Of a stretch of 64,000 bases of DNA, positions 1 to 12,591 are shown piece after piece. The position numbers and the translations under genes are program-made. Location: NCBI GenBank assembly GCA_001600695.1, contig BCKQ01000001.1, positions 1,178,732 through 1,242,731 on the forward strand, given 5' to 3'. Every line of letters starts with the position of its first letter. The stretch's first letter is position 1. This stretch comes from Ascoidea asiatica JCM 7603. Its lineage: Eukaryota; Fungi; Ascomycota. The notes under the pieces were generated by a model, which saw nothing but the letters and a program-made list of their open reading frames with translations, was not told the DNA's origin and did not search any database.

Positions 1-2
1 AA

Positions 3-2318
3 AATGATTTAACTATAAAAGTTAATAATGATAACAATGAATCTAAAGAAGAATCTAAAGATAAAAATGAAATAAAACCTTCTACTCCTTCAAAAACTTC
101 TCCTTCAAATCCTTCTTTAACGCCTTCTGTTGATTTAAATGATCCAAAAATTAAAAATGTTTTAATTTCTGATTATTCTTTAGATTTATTATTAACAAAA
201 TTAAAAAAATCAATAAATATTTGTGATGAAATTTCTAAATTTTTTAAAAAAAAAGCAAATTTAAATTTAGAATATATTGATCATTTAAAAAAAACTATAA
301 ATCAATTAAAATCTTCTTTAAAAGATCCAAGTTTAAATGATATCATAACATCATCATCATCTTCAACAACATCTTCAACAACTAATAATAATAATTCTAA
401 CTCTAATAATATAAATACAAATAGTAATATTGATAGTTTTAATTTAAAATTTATAAATTTATTATCTTTTGATGATAAATTATATAGTGTTAATCATTCT
501 TTTATAACTTCTTTAATTAAAATTTCAAATGATTTAAATGATTTAAAAGAAATTTATATCAAAAAACGTAAAATTTTAAAAGATGAATCAAAAAAACATG
601 AAAAAGATTATTTAGATTCAATTAATCATGCAAATAAAGCAAAACAAAAATATTATCAAATTTCAAATGATTTAGAAAAATTAAAAACAAATGATCCAAC
701 TAAATTAAATAAATTAAATTTAGCTATAAGAGGTAAAGCAAATAAAAATTTACAACAATTAGAAAATGATTTAATGATTAAATTAAATATTTTAAATAAT
801 GATTATAAATTAAAATCAAATCAATGTATTTTAAAACAAAAAAATTTATTAAATATTATTAGACCAAATTATTCAAATAATTTAAAAAATTATATTTTAT
901 CTTTAAATTTATCTGTAAATTTAAAATTACAAGAATATTCAAATTTACAAGAATCTTTATTATTACATTCCGCAATTACCATTTCTCCATTACAATCAAA
1001 TAAAAATACAATTAAATCAATTGTTATGTCAATAGATGTTGAAAAAGATTTATATAATTATTTAATTAAAAATTCAAAAAAATTATATAAATCTGAATTA
1101 AATCCAATTCAATATAAAACTCATCCATTTTTTACAAATCATCAAGATAATTTAAATTCTCATAAAAAATCTCATTCAAAATCAAATTCAAATACTTTTT
1201 CAATAAATCATTCTCATACTAAATCTTCTTCAAATTCAATATTATCAAATGATATTTCTTCAAAACCAATTCCAAATATACCCATAAGTAGTAATTTAAC
1301 TCCAAATTTAAATTCAAATACAAATACAAATTCAAATTCAAATGCTTTCAGTAGTTCAGTAATATCTCAAACTGCTCCTTTAAATCCTCATTTTACTGGT
1401 GATACAATTGATCCAAATTTAGATACTATTAAAAAAATTACTACTGATATTGATAATAATAAAGATAGTTCTTTTCCAACTATCACTACTTCTTTAGATC
1501 CATTAAAAAGTAGTACTAATACAACTAATACACTTGATACAAATTACACTTCTATTAATAATAATGATAATACTTTAACTAATAATCCATTTTCAATCTC
1601 TCAATTTTCTGCTCTTAATAATATACCTGAAAATAATTTTTCAAATCATTCAAATCTTGGTATATCAATTGATCCATTACCTGGAATTATTATACCTAGT
1701 GAAAAAAATTTCAAAACTTTCAATGTTCCAATTGAAAATTTAATTATTGAAGAAAATTTTGTACCATATATTGTTAAATATTGTATACATTTAATTGATT
1801 TATATGGTTTAAATATCGAAGGTTTATATAGAACTTCTGGAAATTCTTTAAAAGTTCAAGAATTAAAAGAATCTATAAATAATAATCCAAACAATATCAT
1901 TCAAATTATTCCAAAAGATACTAATAATATCATTGATGGTGATATTTATATTATAACTTCATTATTAAAATCTTTTTTCTTAAATTTACCTGAACCTTTA
2001 TTAACTGAAAATTTATATCAAAGATTTATAGATGCTGCTAAATCTCCTGTTCTTGATATGAGAATTAAAAAATTACATCAAATTGTTTTTGAATTACCTG
2101 ATGCGCCTTATTGGACTTTAAGAGCTTTGTTATTTCATTTTAGAAGAGTTGCTCAAAATCAAGATATTAATAGAATGACTGCTTCAAATATTGCTATTGT
2201 TTGGGGTCCAACTCTTTTATCTAAAAATATTGATAATCCAGAAGAAAAAAGTTATCAAGGTAAAGTTATTGAATATTTAATGTTTGCTGCTGATACAATT
2301 TTCGATTCCGAAGATTAA
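3..2318 (+). CDS. RGD1: F-BAR + RhoGAP protein Rgd1 (5'-truncated by window edge)
   Basis: The frame of the 774..2318 ORF reads back to position 3 as NDLTIKV...DPKIKNVLISDYSLDLLLTKLKKSINICDEISKF, resembling the Rgd1 F-BAR start. C-terminal RhoGAP motifs: VPYIVKYC, EGLYRTSG (Arg finger), LLKSFFLNLPEPL, NRMTASNIAIVWGPTL. Confidence 0.9.
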   Translation, partial: NDLTIKVNNDNNESKEESKDKNEIKPSTPSKTSPSNPSLTPSVDLNDPKIKNVLISDYSLDLLLTKLKKSINICDEISKFFKKKANLNLEYIDHLKKTINQLKSSLKDPSLNDIITSSSSSTTSSTTNNNNSNSNNINTNSNIDSFNLKFINLLSFDDKLYSVNHSFITSLIKISNDLNDLKEIYIKKRKILKDESKKHEKDYLDSINHANKAKQKYYQISNDLEKLKTNDPTKLNKLNLAIRGKANKNLQQLENDLMIKLNILNNDYKLKSNQCILKQKNLLNIIRPNYSNNLKNYILSLNLSVNLKLQEYSNLQESLLLHSAITISPLQSNKNTIKSIVMSIDVEKDLYNYLIKNSKKLYKSELNPIQYKTHPFFTNHQDNLNSHKKSHSKSNSNTFSINHSHTKSSSNSILSNDISSKPIPNIPISSNLTPNLNSNTNTNSNSNAFSSSVISQTAPLNPHFTGDTIDPNLDTIKKITTDIDNNKDSSFPTITTSLDPLKSSTNTTNTLDTNYTSINNNDNTLTNNPFSISQFSALNNIPENNFSNHSNLGISIDPLPGIIIPSEKNFKTFNVPIENLIIEENFVPYIVKYCIHLIDLYGLNIEGLYRTSGNSLKVQELKESINNNPNNIIQIIPKDTNNIIDGDIYIITSLLKSFFLNLPEPLLTENLYQRFIDAAKSPVLDMRIKKLHQIVFELPDAPYWTLRALLFHFRRVAQNQDINRMTASNIAIVWGPTLLSKNIDNPEEKSYQGKVIEYLMFAADTIFDSED

Positions 2319-2568
2319 TCAATTCGTTTATATGGTTTTTTTAGGAAAAAATGATATCAAATTTTGTAACCTATAATAAATTTTAGTTATTAACTTGTTC
2401 TTCTTTTTACTCTTATTTAGCTTTTCTACAATACTTTTTTTTTTTTTTTCAAATTATTTTTATATTATTCGTTCTCTTTCCTTTAAAGCTTCTTTATCAT
2501 TCTCTTCAATATAGTACATTCTTAACTTATATACTTAATTTTTCAAAAACTTTTTATTATCAAATTTT

Positions 2569-5500
2569 CTACAGACTTAGATTACCTAAAAGTTTAATTA
2601 ATTCATAATCATCATCCATTTCATACAGAAAGAACTTATCCGAAAACCTTTCAAAGAAGTTTTCATGATTTGAAGTTTTTTCATAAAAATTTAATATACA
2701 TAATCTCTCAAAATAAAATTCTCTTAGCGTTTTATCATTAATTAAATCTCCTTCAATTCCATAGAAAAAGTCAAGCGATTTTTTTTCATAATTATAAAAA
2801 TCAGGATAATAATCTAAATTTGGTAAAAACCCTTCTTTGGTTATGGTGAAATTTGTTTCTTTCAAAAATTTCTCAACATCAATTTTGTCATTAACCAAAT
2901 CTTTACCTTCTTCTGAATATTTCCCACTATTTTTTTCATGAAATTTTTTTAAATTCATATCTTCATTAATTTTTAGATCTCTTAAATTATAAATAAGCTG
3001 GTCTCTTATTGAATATTTATCTGATTCATATTTTTTTCTTTCTCCTTGTTTTAAGTGTGGATAATTTTCTGCTTTAATTATATTCTGAGAAAAACTAATA
3101 ATCTCTTTTTCAGGTAATTTAATCTTTCTTTCCTCTACTTTTGTATGTCTCGTTTTCCTTTTTTTTGAATAGGGTTTATGAAATCTTATACCTCTAGAAT
3201 ATATTTCGTTTCTAACAGTGAAAAATGTTTCAATTCTCAAAAAATATATTGCCAAATATTTTAACTGTGAAATTTCATCTTCAGTTATGTTTAAGTCGTT
3301 TATAATAGAAGTAGGATTTGGATTAGTATTTTTCTTCAAACTTGTTGGATCCACTATATTTAAAAAATCTTCATAGATGTAAGAATCATGAGAGCAACAA
3401 TTTTCTAAAGGTCCTTTAAAATCGGAAAAAGAAAGATATGAAATTTCTGGAAAAACAGCATCTAATGCTCTAGAAATTGAATGCCATAAATGAAGATATA
3501 TTTTTTCTAAAAGAGAGCTGGTTCTTTTCCTTTTCAAAGGGCTGAAATTTTTTGAAGTCCCAATAAAAGAAATATTATAAAACTGAGGTGGAAAACTGCT
3601 TAACCAACTGGCTTGTAATAAATGATATATACGAGGTGGAAACTCATTGATTTTATTTTCTTCTTTAAATTTGCAAATCTCGATTGCTTTTTTAATAAAA
3701 TAAATTAACTTTTTATATCTTACGTAATAGTCAATATAATTTGTCTGCTTCCAAAAGTTAGTGTTATTCAAATATATGAGCTTGACTAAAAATGGCTCTA
3801 GAATTTCCAATTTATCTAAAATTTCATTCAATACTCTAAAATTTATGACAGTTATATATTTTCCTACAATTAGGGCAGAGGGTCCTTGAGAATTATAACT
3901 TGAAAATATCTTTAAGCCTTCCTCAACATTTGTTAAAGCATTAAGAACTGGAGTAAGAAATTCTTTTCTTTTTTCTGCTGTATTTTGAGTGCAAAAGGAT
4001 AAAGTATCAAAATTTGGAATAAAATCGAAAAACTTTTCAGCTGTTGAACGATTTATCAGTCTATCACAAAAATTAAGTGAAGAACAGTGCCATTTTTCTA
4101 TCAACAATATGGTATCAAAACGCAAACTGTCCATTAGAGATTTCAACCTGTCATCATCATTGATTTTTTTAAAATAATACTTAGTATTAAATCTAAAATA
4201 TGTAGAGCAAGTTATGAGTAATTGAATTAGTATATTATTGTTGGATGTCAAAATTTTTCTCACAATTAAATTAATTTTAAGAGACAACTTGTATGAGTAT
4301 GAAGACAATTGTTTTAAATAAATTTTCAAATTATTTTCTCTCTTATTGAGCATCAATATTTTTTTTTCATTTTTTGAATCATAATTAGATTCAAGTGACT
4401 TTTTCAAACCCAGAATTAATTGAAGCTGATTCGAAAATTCACTTAATAGATGATTTGTGGAAAATGAAATTACAGTAAGAAAAAAGATCTCCCATTCACT
4501 TGCATTTCCTTTAGAAAAAGAAGAATATAAAATAAAATCTGAGCGTCCATGTGATAAAAGCCTATAAAGGCCATGCATATTTGTTTCATCGATTTGGCTT
4601 GATGGTGTGATTAAATCGTCTAAAAGTAAAAATGAGGTATTGGTTTTCATAGGATCGTAGGACTTGATTTTGAAAGAGGTTTTTTTTTCCTTTATAATTT
4701 TTTCATATTTATTGGATGGTGGAACTGAGTTTGTAGAATTGAGTGGTATAGCTGAATTTTCTTTATTAAGTATATTGATTAGATTCATTGGATTGTTTTT
4801 GGCTCGAGAATTGGAAGATCTATGTCTAAGAGTAGCTGAGAAGGTTACAACTTTTTCTGGAGAAATCTCTCGAGTTATCTGATCTTTCTGATTTACTAAA
4901 ATTTTAGAAGTGTGCGAAGATTTCGTTCCTGGATTGGAAATTGAGCTTGAATTAAAAATTTCAAAAGGGGTTGTAATTGAATGAGGAACAGAAGTTAAAC
5001 CAGAACTAGAGATATAATTTGATTTAGTATTATGAAGAGATTTTGAAGTTGAGGTTGAAATTGGACTTAAAATCGGAGTTGAAATTGGAGTTGAAACTGG
5101 TTTTGAAAGAAGTTCTGAAAGAGTATTTTGAAAAATGATTAAGGATGTTGTTGGAGATTTAGAATTTGAACTTTCAGCATTGAGATTTGAAATAGAATTT
5201 GAAACTCTAGCTTCATTGCTTGTATTAATCCCCGGGGTAGAAAGAGATTTAACTGAATCTGTATTTTGAATGAGATGTGGTGTAAAATTCAGTCCAGTTT
5301 GCACATTTGAGGGAATGATTGAGGGATCTTGATGAATTTCTTTTTCAAAATAATTACTGTTTTTTATGTTAACTTTGGTGTCTATAGTTTCAATTTTCTG
5401 AGAATTTGAGTAAAACTGTTGATGCGAAAACTGTTGATTTGATAGACTTTTTGAATCATTATAATTTTGGTAGTTCGAAGATGGAATGCTATTAGAATAT

Positions 5501-6535
5501 CTAAATTCTTGATTAGAATTCATTGAACTATAGTTTAAAGTAGAATAACTATCTGAGATTTGATTATTTGATATTTTCAGTAAAGGTGGAGGATTTGGAG
5601 GGTTGAAAGGTTGGGGAATATGAAAATTTTCAGATGGATATTCATGAGTATGTTCAACTAAAGGTCGATTATGATTGAATGCTGAGAACTGATCTGGAAA
5701 TTTGTTTGGAGCTTGATTTGAAAATTGATTTGAAAATTGATCTTGGGGTTGATTTTGAGATTGATTTAAGAATTGACTTGGATTTGAATTTGGATTTTGA
5801 GTATGAAATTGATTCTGATTCGGAGGATGAGAGCTAATTGAAGAATAATTCAAATATGAGTAGGGATTTTGATGAGATTTAGAGAAATTAGGAACACTTT
5901 GCGAGATCTGATTTGATTGAGAAGGACCTTGAGAATAAGGAACCTGAGAAGAATTAACTTGATAGTAAGATGTATTTGAAGAATTATATTCACTTTGATA
6001 AATATTCGGATTATTTTGAAATTTTTGAGAATTAGAATAATTTTGATGCTGTTGTAGGTAAATATTATTAGAATTGTTAGATATTATTGGAAAATCATTC
6101 ATGGAATAAGATTTTGTTATATTTGAAATTGGAAATTGATTATTATTAAGAGACTGATTTTGATAAAAAGGTATATTAGGGGTAATTAAATTTTGATTTA
6201 TTGGGATTGTTTGAAGATTATTATTATAAGCATTTAAAATTTCATTACTTTTTAAAATTAAATTTCTTTTTCTTTGAATATTATTCAATTCCTCTTGAGA
6301 TAAATCTAAATAGGAACATTTTAATTTTTGTAATTCATGATTTAAAAATCTATGAACATTTGTTTCATTGAATCTTTGACATCTAATACATTCTGGCAAA
6401 GATTCATCACATTTTATTCTTCTTTTTTTGCATTGTAAACATCCTAATTTTGAGTTTGTATGTTTTTTTCTTTTTTTCAACCCATTTACAAGAAAATTAC
6501 TATTCTTACCATCATTATTATTATTGTTGTTATTG

Positions 6536-6566
<31 letters not shown>

Positions 6567-6627
6567 AAATGTTATTCGGAAGAGATAAATTACTTGAAGC
6601 GGGAGTATTATATGAATTGAAAGACAT
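2569..6627 (-). CDS. Zn(II)2Cys6 transcription factor (Upc2/Ecm22-like DNA-binding subdomain), paralog 1, with long Q/N/S-rich region
   Basis: KRKKHTNSKLGCLQCKKRRIKCDESLPECIRC-x20-CSY; C-terminal half shares motifs with the two neighbouring ORFs. Confidence 0.9.
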
Positions 6628-8403
6628 TACTATTATATACTTTAATAATAAAGATTGATTAAAAATTAATTGAGATTAAACTTAAGACTTGGAATTCAAA
6701 TAAATGAATGAATATTGAATAGGGAAAAACACTATACTTTTATTTGTTGTTTACAAACAAAAGTAAACAATAGACTGAATAAATTGTGCAGTAAATACGT
6801 ATATGTTTTATACAGTATATTATTTACAATATATTATATATTTATAAAAGAATTTTTATCATGGAAGCTTTTGAATATTTGTTATTTTTATTGGAGTCAA
6901 GTTGAAGAATTTTTGTTTTGTCTTTCTTGATCATATATGTAGAATTTGAAGAATAATATAATATAATATTTTAACATTAAAAATGATATATTAGCAGGCA
7001 AAAAGATCTGCTGTAAAGTGAATTCATTCAGTTCATATTAAGAGTTGCAGGAGATTGGTAAGCAACAACAATATCTAAAAAGCTTTCAACTGCTTTTTTT
7101 GCTTAAAAAGATTATCGATTTTTGAATATTGGAATTTAATTTCTAAAATTTGAAATTTGAAATTTGAAATTTAAAATTCAAATACTAATATTTTACTTTG
7201 AATTTCTTAAATGAAACATAGTTGAAATGAATTTACATTAATCTGTTTCCTAAGGATATCAATAATTAGTAATTAATTAGTAAATGGAAAAATAATTACA
7301 GTTTCATTGTGCAAAATACTCAGATATAAGTAAAGTTTATTGTATTTTGAAGATTTATGAGAACAATACATAATTAGCACTAGTAATAAAACGTACTGTA
7401 TTATACTGTTACTTAGAATAATAAAATTGGATTCAAACTAACAACGAGTTGGAAACTTGTCTTGCCAGTAAGAATATAAATAAAGTATTTTTCACTTTGA
7501 ATTAAGCTGAGAAGAGAGTAGTTTCACTGTAAAATAACTTTCACTGGGAAAGTTCGAGCCAATTGGCACAATAAAAACATAAAATACTTGAATTGAAATC
7601 AATCCTTGAAAAAATCATCTACTTTGCCAATTGCATTTGGATTGACTTCCAATACGAGTAGAAACCTGCTTTGATCCAAAAAAAGGCCAAAGATATTGCA
7701 ATAAATGTCTGACTACTACAGTTTATTTTCATTCTCCAGAACATTATTTGTAACTACTTGTGGTGTTGAAAGTGAGAAATATATTAATACCACAAATATA
7801 CAAAAAAATATTGAACAGAACAGAATGGAATGCTTGAAAGTGTGAATAAACACTAGAATAAACACTGGAATAAGAATAACCACAGGAGTCTTTATATGCA
7901 CAAAAACTCATTCTCGCGTACACTGATACTCAGGCACAATAGGCAAATTTCATTTCTCCCGAAAAAAAACGGTTGCTGTGGGAAGACTCGGGAAGAGGCA
8001 AACAATTTTCCTGCATGTAAAAGCAATTCAGAGCTTCCTAAACCTAGTCCCACAGTTACCCGCGGTTGTTTTTCAGCCACTTTTTCTGTAAAACAAAATT
8101 TATTAAGTTGTTCTGGCGGCTTTTTATGGTGAACAATACTTACGGAATGCGGCAAAAATTATACCGATTCAATGTTCTTCCGTTTTAAACCAGAACTTTT
8201 ATTTTAAAGGATGAAACCATATTCCGCATATTTCTTGGGGGGCGTCTTAATGAAATTTTAAAACTTAAAATTAAGAAAATGTCACTGCGGTACTATAGAA
8301 TTCGAATTTTGGCAGGCTTATGTTGAATATACTTTTTTACGGTAAGCTGGAGTAGAAGTTGGAACAAATAAGCCACATAAATTGATATTTTTTACTACTA
8401 TGA

Positions 8404-8488
8404 GTCATGTGACCATATACTGTTTCGATAAATATGTCATAAATGCTTACACGTGATAATTTTTTTCAACTAAACAATTGTCACATGA
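8404..8488. promoter_or_regulatory. Cluster of three Cbf1-type E-boxes (RTCACRTG)
   Basis: GTCATGTGAC 8404-8413, CACGTGAT 8450-8457, GTCACATGA 8480-8488. Confidence 0.4.
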
Positions 8489-8932
8489 TTACAGTGGCTT
8501 TATCTCTCTTTTAAATTTATCGTTGTCGGTTTCTTTTGGTTTCTGAGTACCCAGATGGGGTGAATTCTGTACACAGTACAATAGTGCACTGCTCTATAAC
8601 TTTGAAATTTTTAGTTTAATTATTTTATTGGATTTTATGTTAAGTATATTTAACATAATTGCATTTTTGATGTATTAACATTACCAATTCTGTATAATAA
8701 ACTGTATCTATATTCAAAGTTATCTTTTTCAAAAAATCTGAATAAGTAAATGAAATCATTGTTTGAAGATGTTTTGATTCTTTTTCACTTGATTGCTAAA
8801 TCAGTAAAAGTATGAACAGTTATAATCTACTTTATACTTGAAATAAAAAAAGAAACACTTTTCCTCCAATTTTATCTGTCTTCAATTCTTCAAGTTTTCC
8901 AAAGTGTATTAACTCTATTTTTCTAACCAAAA

Positions 8933-11749
8933 TTATAATTTCCTTTCATTATTTTTTCCAAGTTCATTACAAAGATCATTAATGAATGAATTCTCCCACT
9001 TTTTATCATTTTCAAATCCTTTAATAAGCTTTTCTGCAATCCCATTATGATACCAATTTTCTTGTGAATGTCTGAAAATTTCTGCTTTATCAATATAAAA
9101 TTTGGTTGCTGTTTCTTTTCTTAAAACTTGTGTTTGTAATCCACTAATTTTACTTTTACTTCTTTTTTCATACTCATAAAGATTAGGTGAATAATCTTTT
9201 TCAAATATCATTCCTTTTTCATTAATTGTAAAATCATTTAAAATTAAATATTTCTCAATATTATCCTCTTCTTCATTTATGTTCATTTCAATTTCTACCT
9301 TTTTTTTGCTCTTTTCTTCAATTTCAATATCTTCATCAATTGATATATGTAAATTATTTAAATCAAACATTAATTCTTCTGTAAAGTCACAATCTTTATT
9401 TTCTCCAATTTCATTGAAAACCTCTTCATCAATCTTTATTATATTATTAAAGTTATTATTATTACTATCCTTAACAATTTTCCCTCTAATATGAGGATAA
9501 TTCTCTGCTTTAATAAAAGTTTTTTTGAACTCAATTATTTCTTTTTCTGGTACTCGAATTTTTCTACTCTCAAATCTTTTATGTGGTTCATCATATTTGA
9601 ATAAATTAGTACAATAATTATTATTCAATTTTAAACCTCTTGTATATAATTCAGTTCTTGTGGCATAAAAATGATGCATTCTTAAAAAATATACTGCAAA
9701 AAATCTTAATTTATTATAGTCTTTTGAATTAAACTCTAAATCATTGATAATTTTTATATTTTTACTATCCTTTTTGTTAATATCTTTATTATCATAAATA
9801 ATATTAAGTAATCCGTCAAATTCATGAATATTAAAAGGTTCTAAACAAACATGAGTAGCCATAAAATCTGAATAATATAAATATGAAACCTCAGGAAATA
9901 TATTATAAAGTAAACTTGATAATGCATACCAAAATAAATAAAATACTTTTTGAATTACTTCACTTAATTTTCTTTCTTTGGAAAGATAATTATATTTCTT
10001 ACCTGTTTCTCCTATATTATGGACATCATTATGACGAATGATTGATATATTAAAAGTTTCCGGAGGAAAAATTTGATACCATTTACTTAAAAGTAAAAAA
10101 TATACACAGCTTGGTAATTCAATAACATTTTTCTCATTTTTTGCTTTACAAGTACTCAAAAGATCTATTAAAAATAAAATTAATTTATCCAATGAAAATA
10201 ATGATTTAAATAATGGAATTCGAGAGAAATGAAATTTTAAGCTATCACCTGTATTGATTGAATTGAAAGCTTTTATTAGTAATATTTTAAAATCTTTTAA
10301 AATATTTATTACTTCATATAAAACATTATAATCAGTTGGAGTAACATAATGTCTTAATATCAAAGATAAAACCCCTTGAGAATAAAACTTGGAAATAAAT
10401 TTTGAACCTTTTGAAGGATCAAAAAAGAATTTTGCTAATGAATTCATATCTTTGAAATGAGAAATTAAATCTAAATCGTAATTGTCAAAATCTTCATCAT
10501 TATTATTATTATTGGAAGATTTATTTTCTGAGAGATTTTGATTATTTTTTATCAAATTTGAGATTGATAAATTATTATAGGAATAGTTTTTAGAATTTGA
10601 ATTAACAACTTTATGCCAATTTTCAACAAAACCTAATAACCCATTACTATAAGTATTAGCAGAAATATAAATATAATCATCATTTAATTTATTTTGATTA
10701 AAAAATAAACATCTGTGATTTGTAAAAGACCAACAAGCTATAATATCATCAAAATCACTTTTTTTATTAGTTTGTAAAGCTTCAACAGTTGCTTCAATTG
10801 AATGATCTAAATAATAAGAAGAAAAATGATCAATTATTAATAAATCTTTATCAAGCTTCTTGAGTTTTGCATTGAAATAATGTATGATTTTATTCAGAGT
10901 AGTTTCTTTATTAAATTTTTCTAAAAAGGAGACATAAAGTTTAATTTTATCCTTTAAATTTTTAAATTGAACATACAAATATTGAATACTGAAAGAAGTC
11001 AAGATTGAATTACTTAACTTATTTGGAATCGAATCAGGATTTGATAAAGTTTGTAACAAAGTATTATCTATAATATAATAGCAAATAAATCTAAATAAAC
11101 CATGAAGATCAGTTGAGTTTAATATTGGTAGAATTTTGAAAGTATCGATGGAGTAGTTTTTTGAAAAATAATAAATATGATAATCTTTTGGGTACCTTTT
11201 GACTTTGAAAGTGAACTTTTTCTTTTCTTGTTTCTTTTCTTGATTTTGATTTTGAACAGATTTTAAAATTGGAATAGAAACTGGAGTTGAAACTGAACCT
11301 TGAATTGAAACTGGATTTGAATTTTGAATAGAACTAGTAATATTCATAGGTTTCTTATGTTTAGGTGCAATTGAAACTTTTCTACTTTCATTGGTAATAT
11401 TCAGATTTGTATCAGTATTTTGCATATTTTGCGCTTTTTTGATTTTGAAAGTGTTAATTTCTTCATCAGTTAGGGAAAGATAGGAACAAGATAACAGATT
11501 ATTATTAGTAATGTTTTTTAAAATATTACTATTATACCTTTTACAATTATTACATTCAGGTAAGATTTCATCACATTTAATTCTTCTTGTTTTACACTGT
11601 TGACAACCTAATCTTGAGTTTTTATGTTTTTTTCTATATTGAGTTTTATTTCCAACTCTGAAAGAATGAAGGCCAGAATTAATTGAGTCATTATTATTGG
11701 TATTAATATTGAAATTGTTTATATTATTATTATTATTGATATTATCCAT
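8933..11749 (-). CDS. Zn(II)2Cys6 transcription factor, paralog 2
   Basis: RKKHKNSRLGCQQCKTRRIKCDEILPECNNC-x18-CSY; shared C-terminal motifs FPEVSY, YFLR, PEKEI, AENYPH. Confidence 0.9.
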   Translation of the reverse strand: MDNINNNNNINNFNINTNNNDSINSGLHSFRVGNKTQYRKKHKNSRLGCQQCKTRRIKCDEILPECNNCKRYNSNILKNITNNNLLSCSYLSLTDEEINTFKIKKAQNMQNTDTNLNITNESRKVSIAPKHKKPMNITSSIQNSNPVSIQGSVSTPVSIPILKSVQNQNQEKKQEKKKFTFKVKRYPKDYHIYYFSKNYSIDTFKILPILNSTDLHGLFRFICYYIIDNTLLQTLSNPDSIPNKLSNSILTSFSIQYLYVQFKNLKDKIKLYVSFLEKFNKETTLNKIIHYFNAKLKKLDKDLLIIDHFSSYYLDHSIEATVEALQTNKKSDFDDIIACWSFTNHRCLFFNQNKLNDDYIYISANTYSNGLLGFVENWHKVVNSNSKNYSYNNLSISNLIKNNQNLSENKSSNNNNNDEDFDNYDLDLISHFKDMNSLAKFFFDPSKGSKFISKFYSQGVLSLILRHYVTPTDYNVLYEVINILKDFKILLIKAFNSINTGDSLKFHFSRIPLFKSLFSLDKLILFLIDLLSTCKAKNEKNVIELPSCVYFLLLSKWYQIFPPETFNISIIRHNDVHNIGETGKKYNYLSKERKLSEVIQKVFYLFWYALSSLLYNIFPEVSYLYYSDFMATHVCLEPFNIHEFDGLLNIIYDNKDINKKDSKNIKIINDLEFNSKDYNKLRFFAVYFLRMHHFYATRTELYTRGLKLNNNYCTNLFKYDEPHKRFESRKIRVPEKEIIEFKKTFIKAENYPHIRGKIVKDSNNNNFNNIIKIDEEVFNEIGENKDCDFTEELMFDLNNLHISIDEDIEIEEKSKKKVEIEMNINEEEDNIEKYLILNDFTINEKGMIFEKDYSPNLYEYEKRSKSKISGLQTQVLRKETATKFYIDKAEIFRHSQENWYHNGIAEKLIKGFENDKKWENSFINDLCNELGKNNERKL

Positions 11750-12299
11750 TTTGTTATTCTTGATGTTATTGATATTATTATTGTTTAAGAATTTTCATTC
11801 TTTGAAAGTATCTTTACACTAGAAGTCCTTCGATAACTATTTGAAGGATTGAAATTTTATATTGACAATACAACAGATAGTCTAAAAAGCAAAGCAAGTA
11901 CTTTTATTGAATAATCAATATGAAAGAATCATAGAATAGAGTAATTGAATAAATCAAGAAATAAAATTTGCCAAAAGATAATATCTAAAAAAGAAAAAAA
12001 AGAAAAATTGGTTAACTGATTTGACTTTTAACGTTATGGATGATACTTAATTTTACTATTATTTCAGAATACTGGAATGCTTTGAGGGAAAATCTTGTTT
12101 GTAACTCTGAATAAACCATAGAGAAACTTAGGCATTTTGGCCATTTTTTTCTACATTTTTCACCGTCCTCTTGCCGGCTTGAAGTATCTCTTAAAGCCGG
12201 GTCTGTTGTCTACCGTCGCAAAATGTGACACGAAGCCACTAAATGTCACTTGCTGTTGCTACAAGCCAGCTGACTTTAAAGTATGTAAATACAGTAAAC

Positions 12300-12318
12300 T
12301 TTTTCCGGACCGGAAAAA
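12300..12318. promoter_or_regulatory. Perfect CGG-containing palindrome, candidate Zn-cluster binding site upstream of paralog 2
   Basis: TTTTTCCGG-A-CCGGAAAAA; a second dyad CCGGCTT...AAGCCGG at about 12174-12200. Confidence 0.45.
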
Positions 12319-12591
12319 CTTTAAGTTTCCAAAGTAGCCACTTGATTATTAGCCACATATTTGGGGTTATCTACCCTCGTTTTTGTCTGTTTTGGGCAAT
12401 ACAGTCCAAACAATATTTCCTAGTTAAGATTTGACATACTGTAAATTCGAAATCGAAAATATATCTAGTGATGTTTTTGTGTGTTAGTACACTTTATTTG
12501 ATAGTTAAATAGTTATACTGTATTAACACTGAATTTATTGGGTTATATAATTACTTTAAATCTTTAATTACCACTTAATGTAGCATAATCA

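Noticed and set aside
7716-8155. Short ORFs between TF paralogs (also 12137-12434, 25777-26060, 31450-32370, 33250-33513, 63720-63988)
   Set aside because: They coincide with GC-richer promoter islands where stops are rarer, and their codon usage is unlike real genes.
8404-8620. CDEI-like boxes as a point centromere
   Set aside because: No very AT-rich CDEII of appropriate length followed by a CDEIII CCGAA; better explained as promoter E-boxes.
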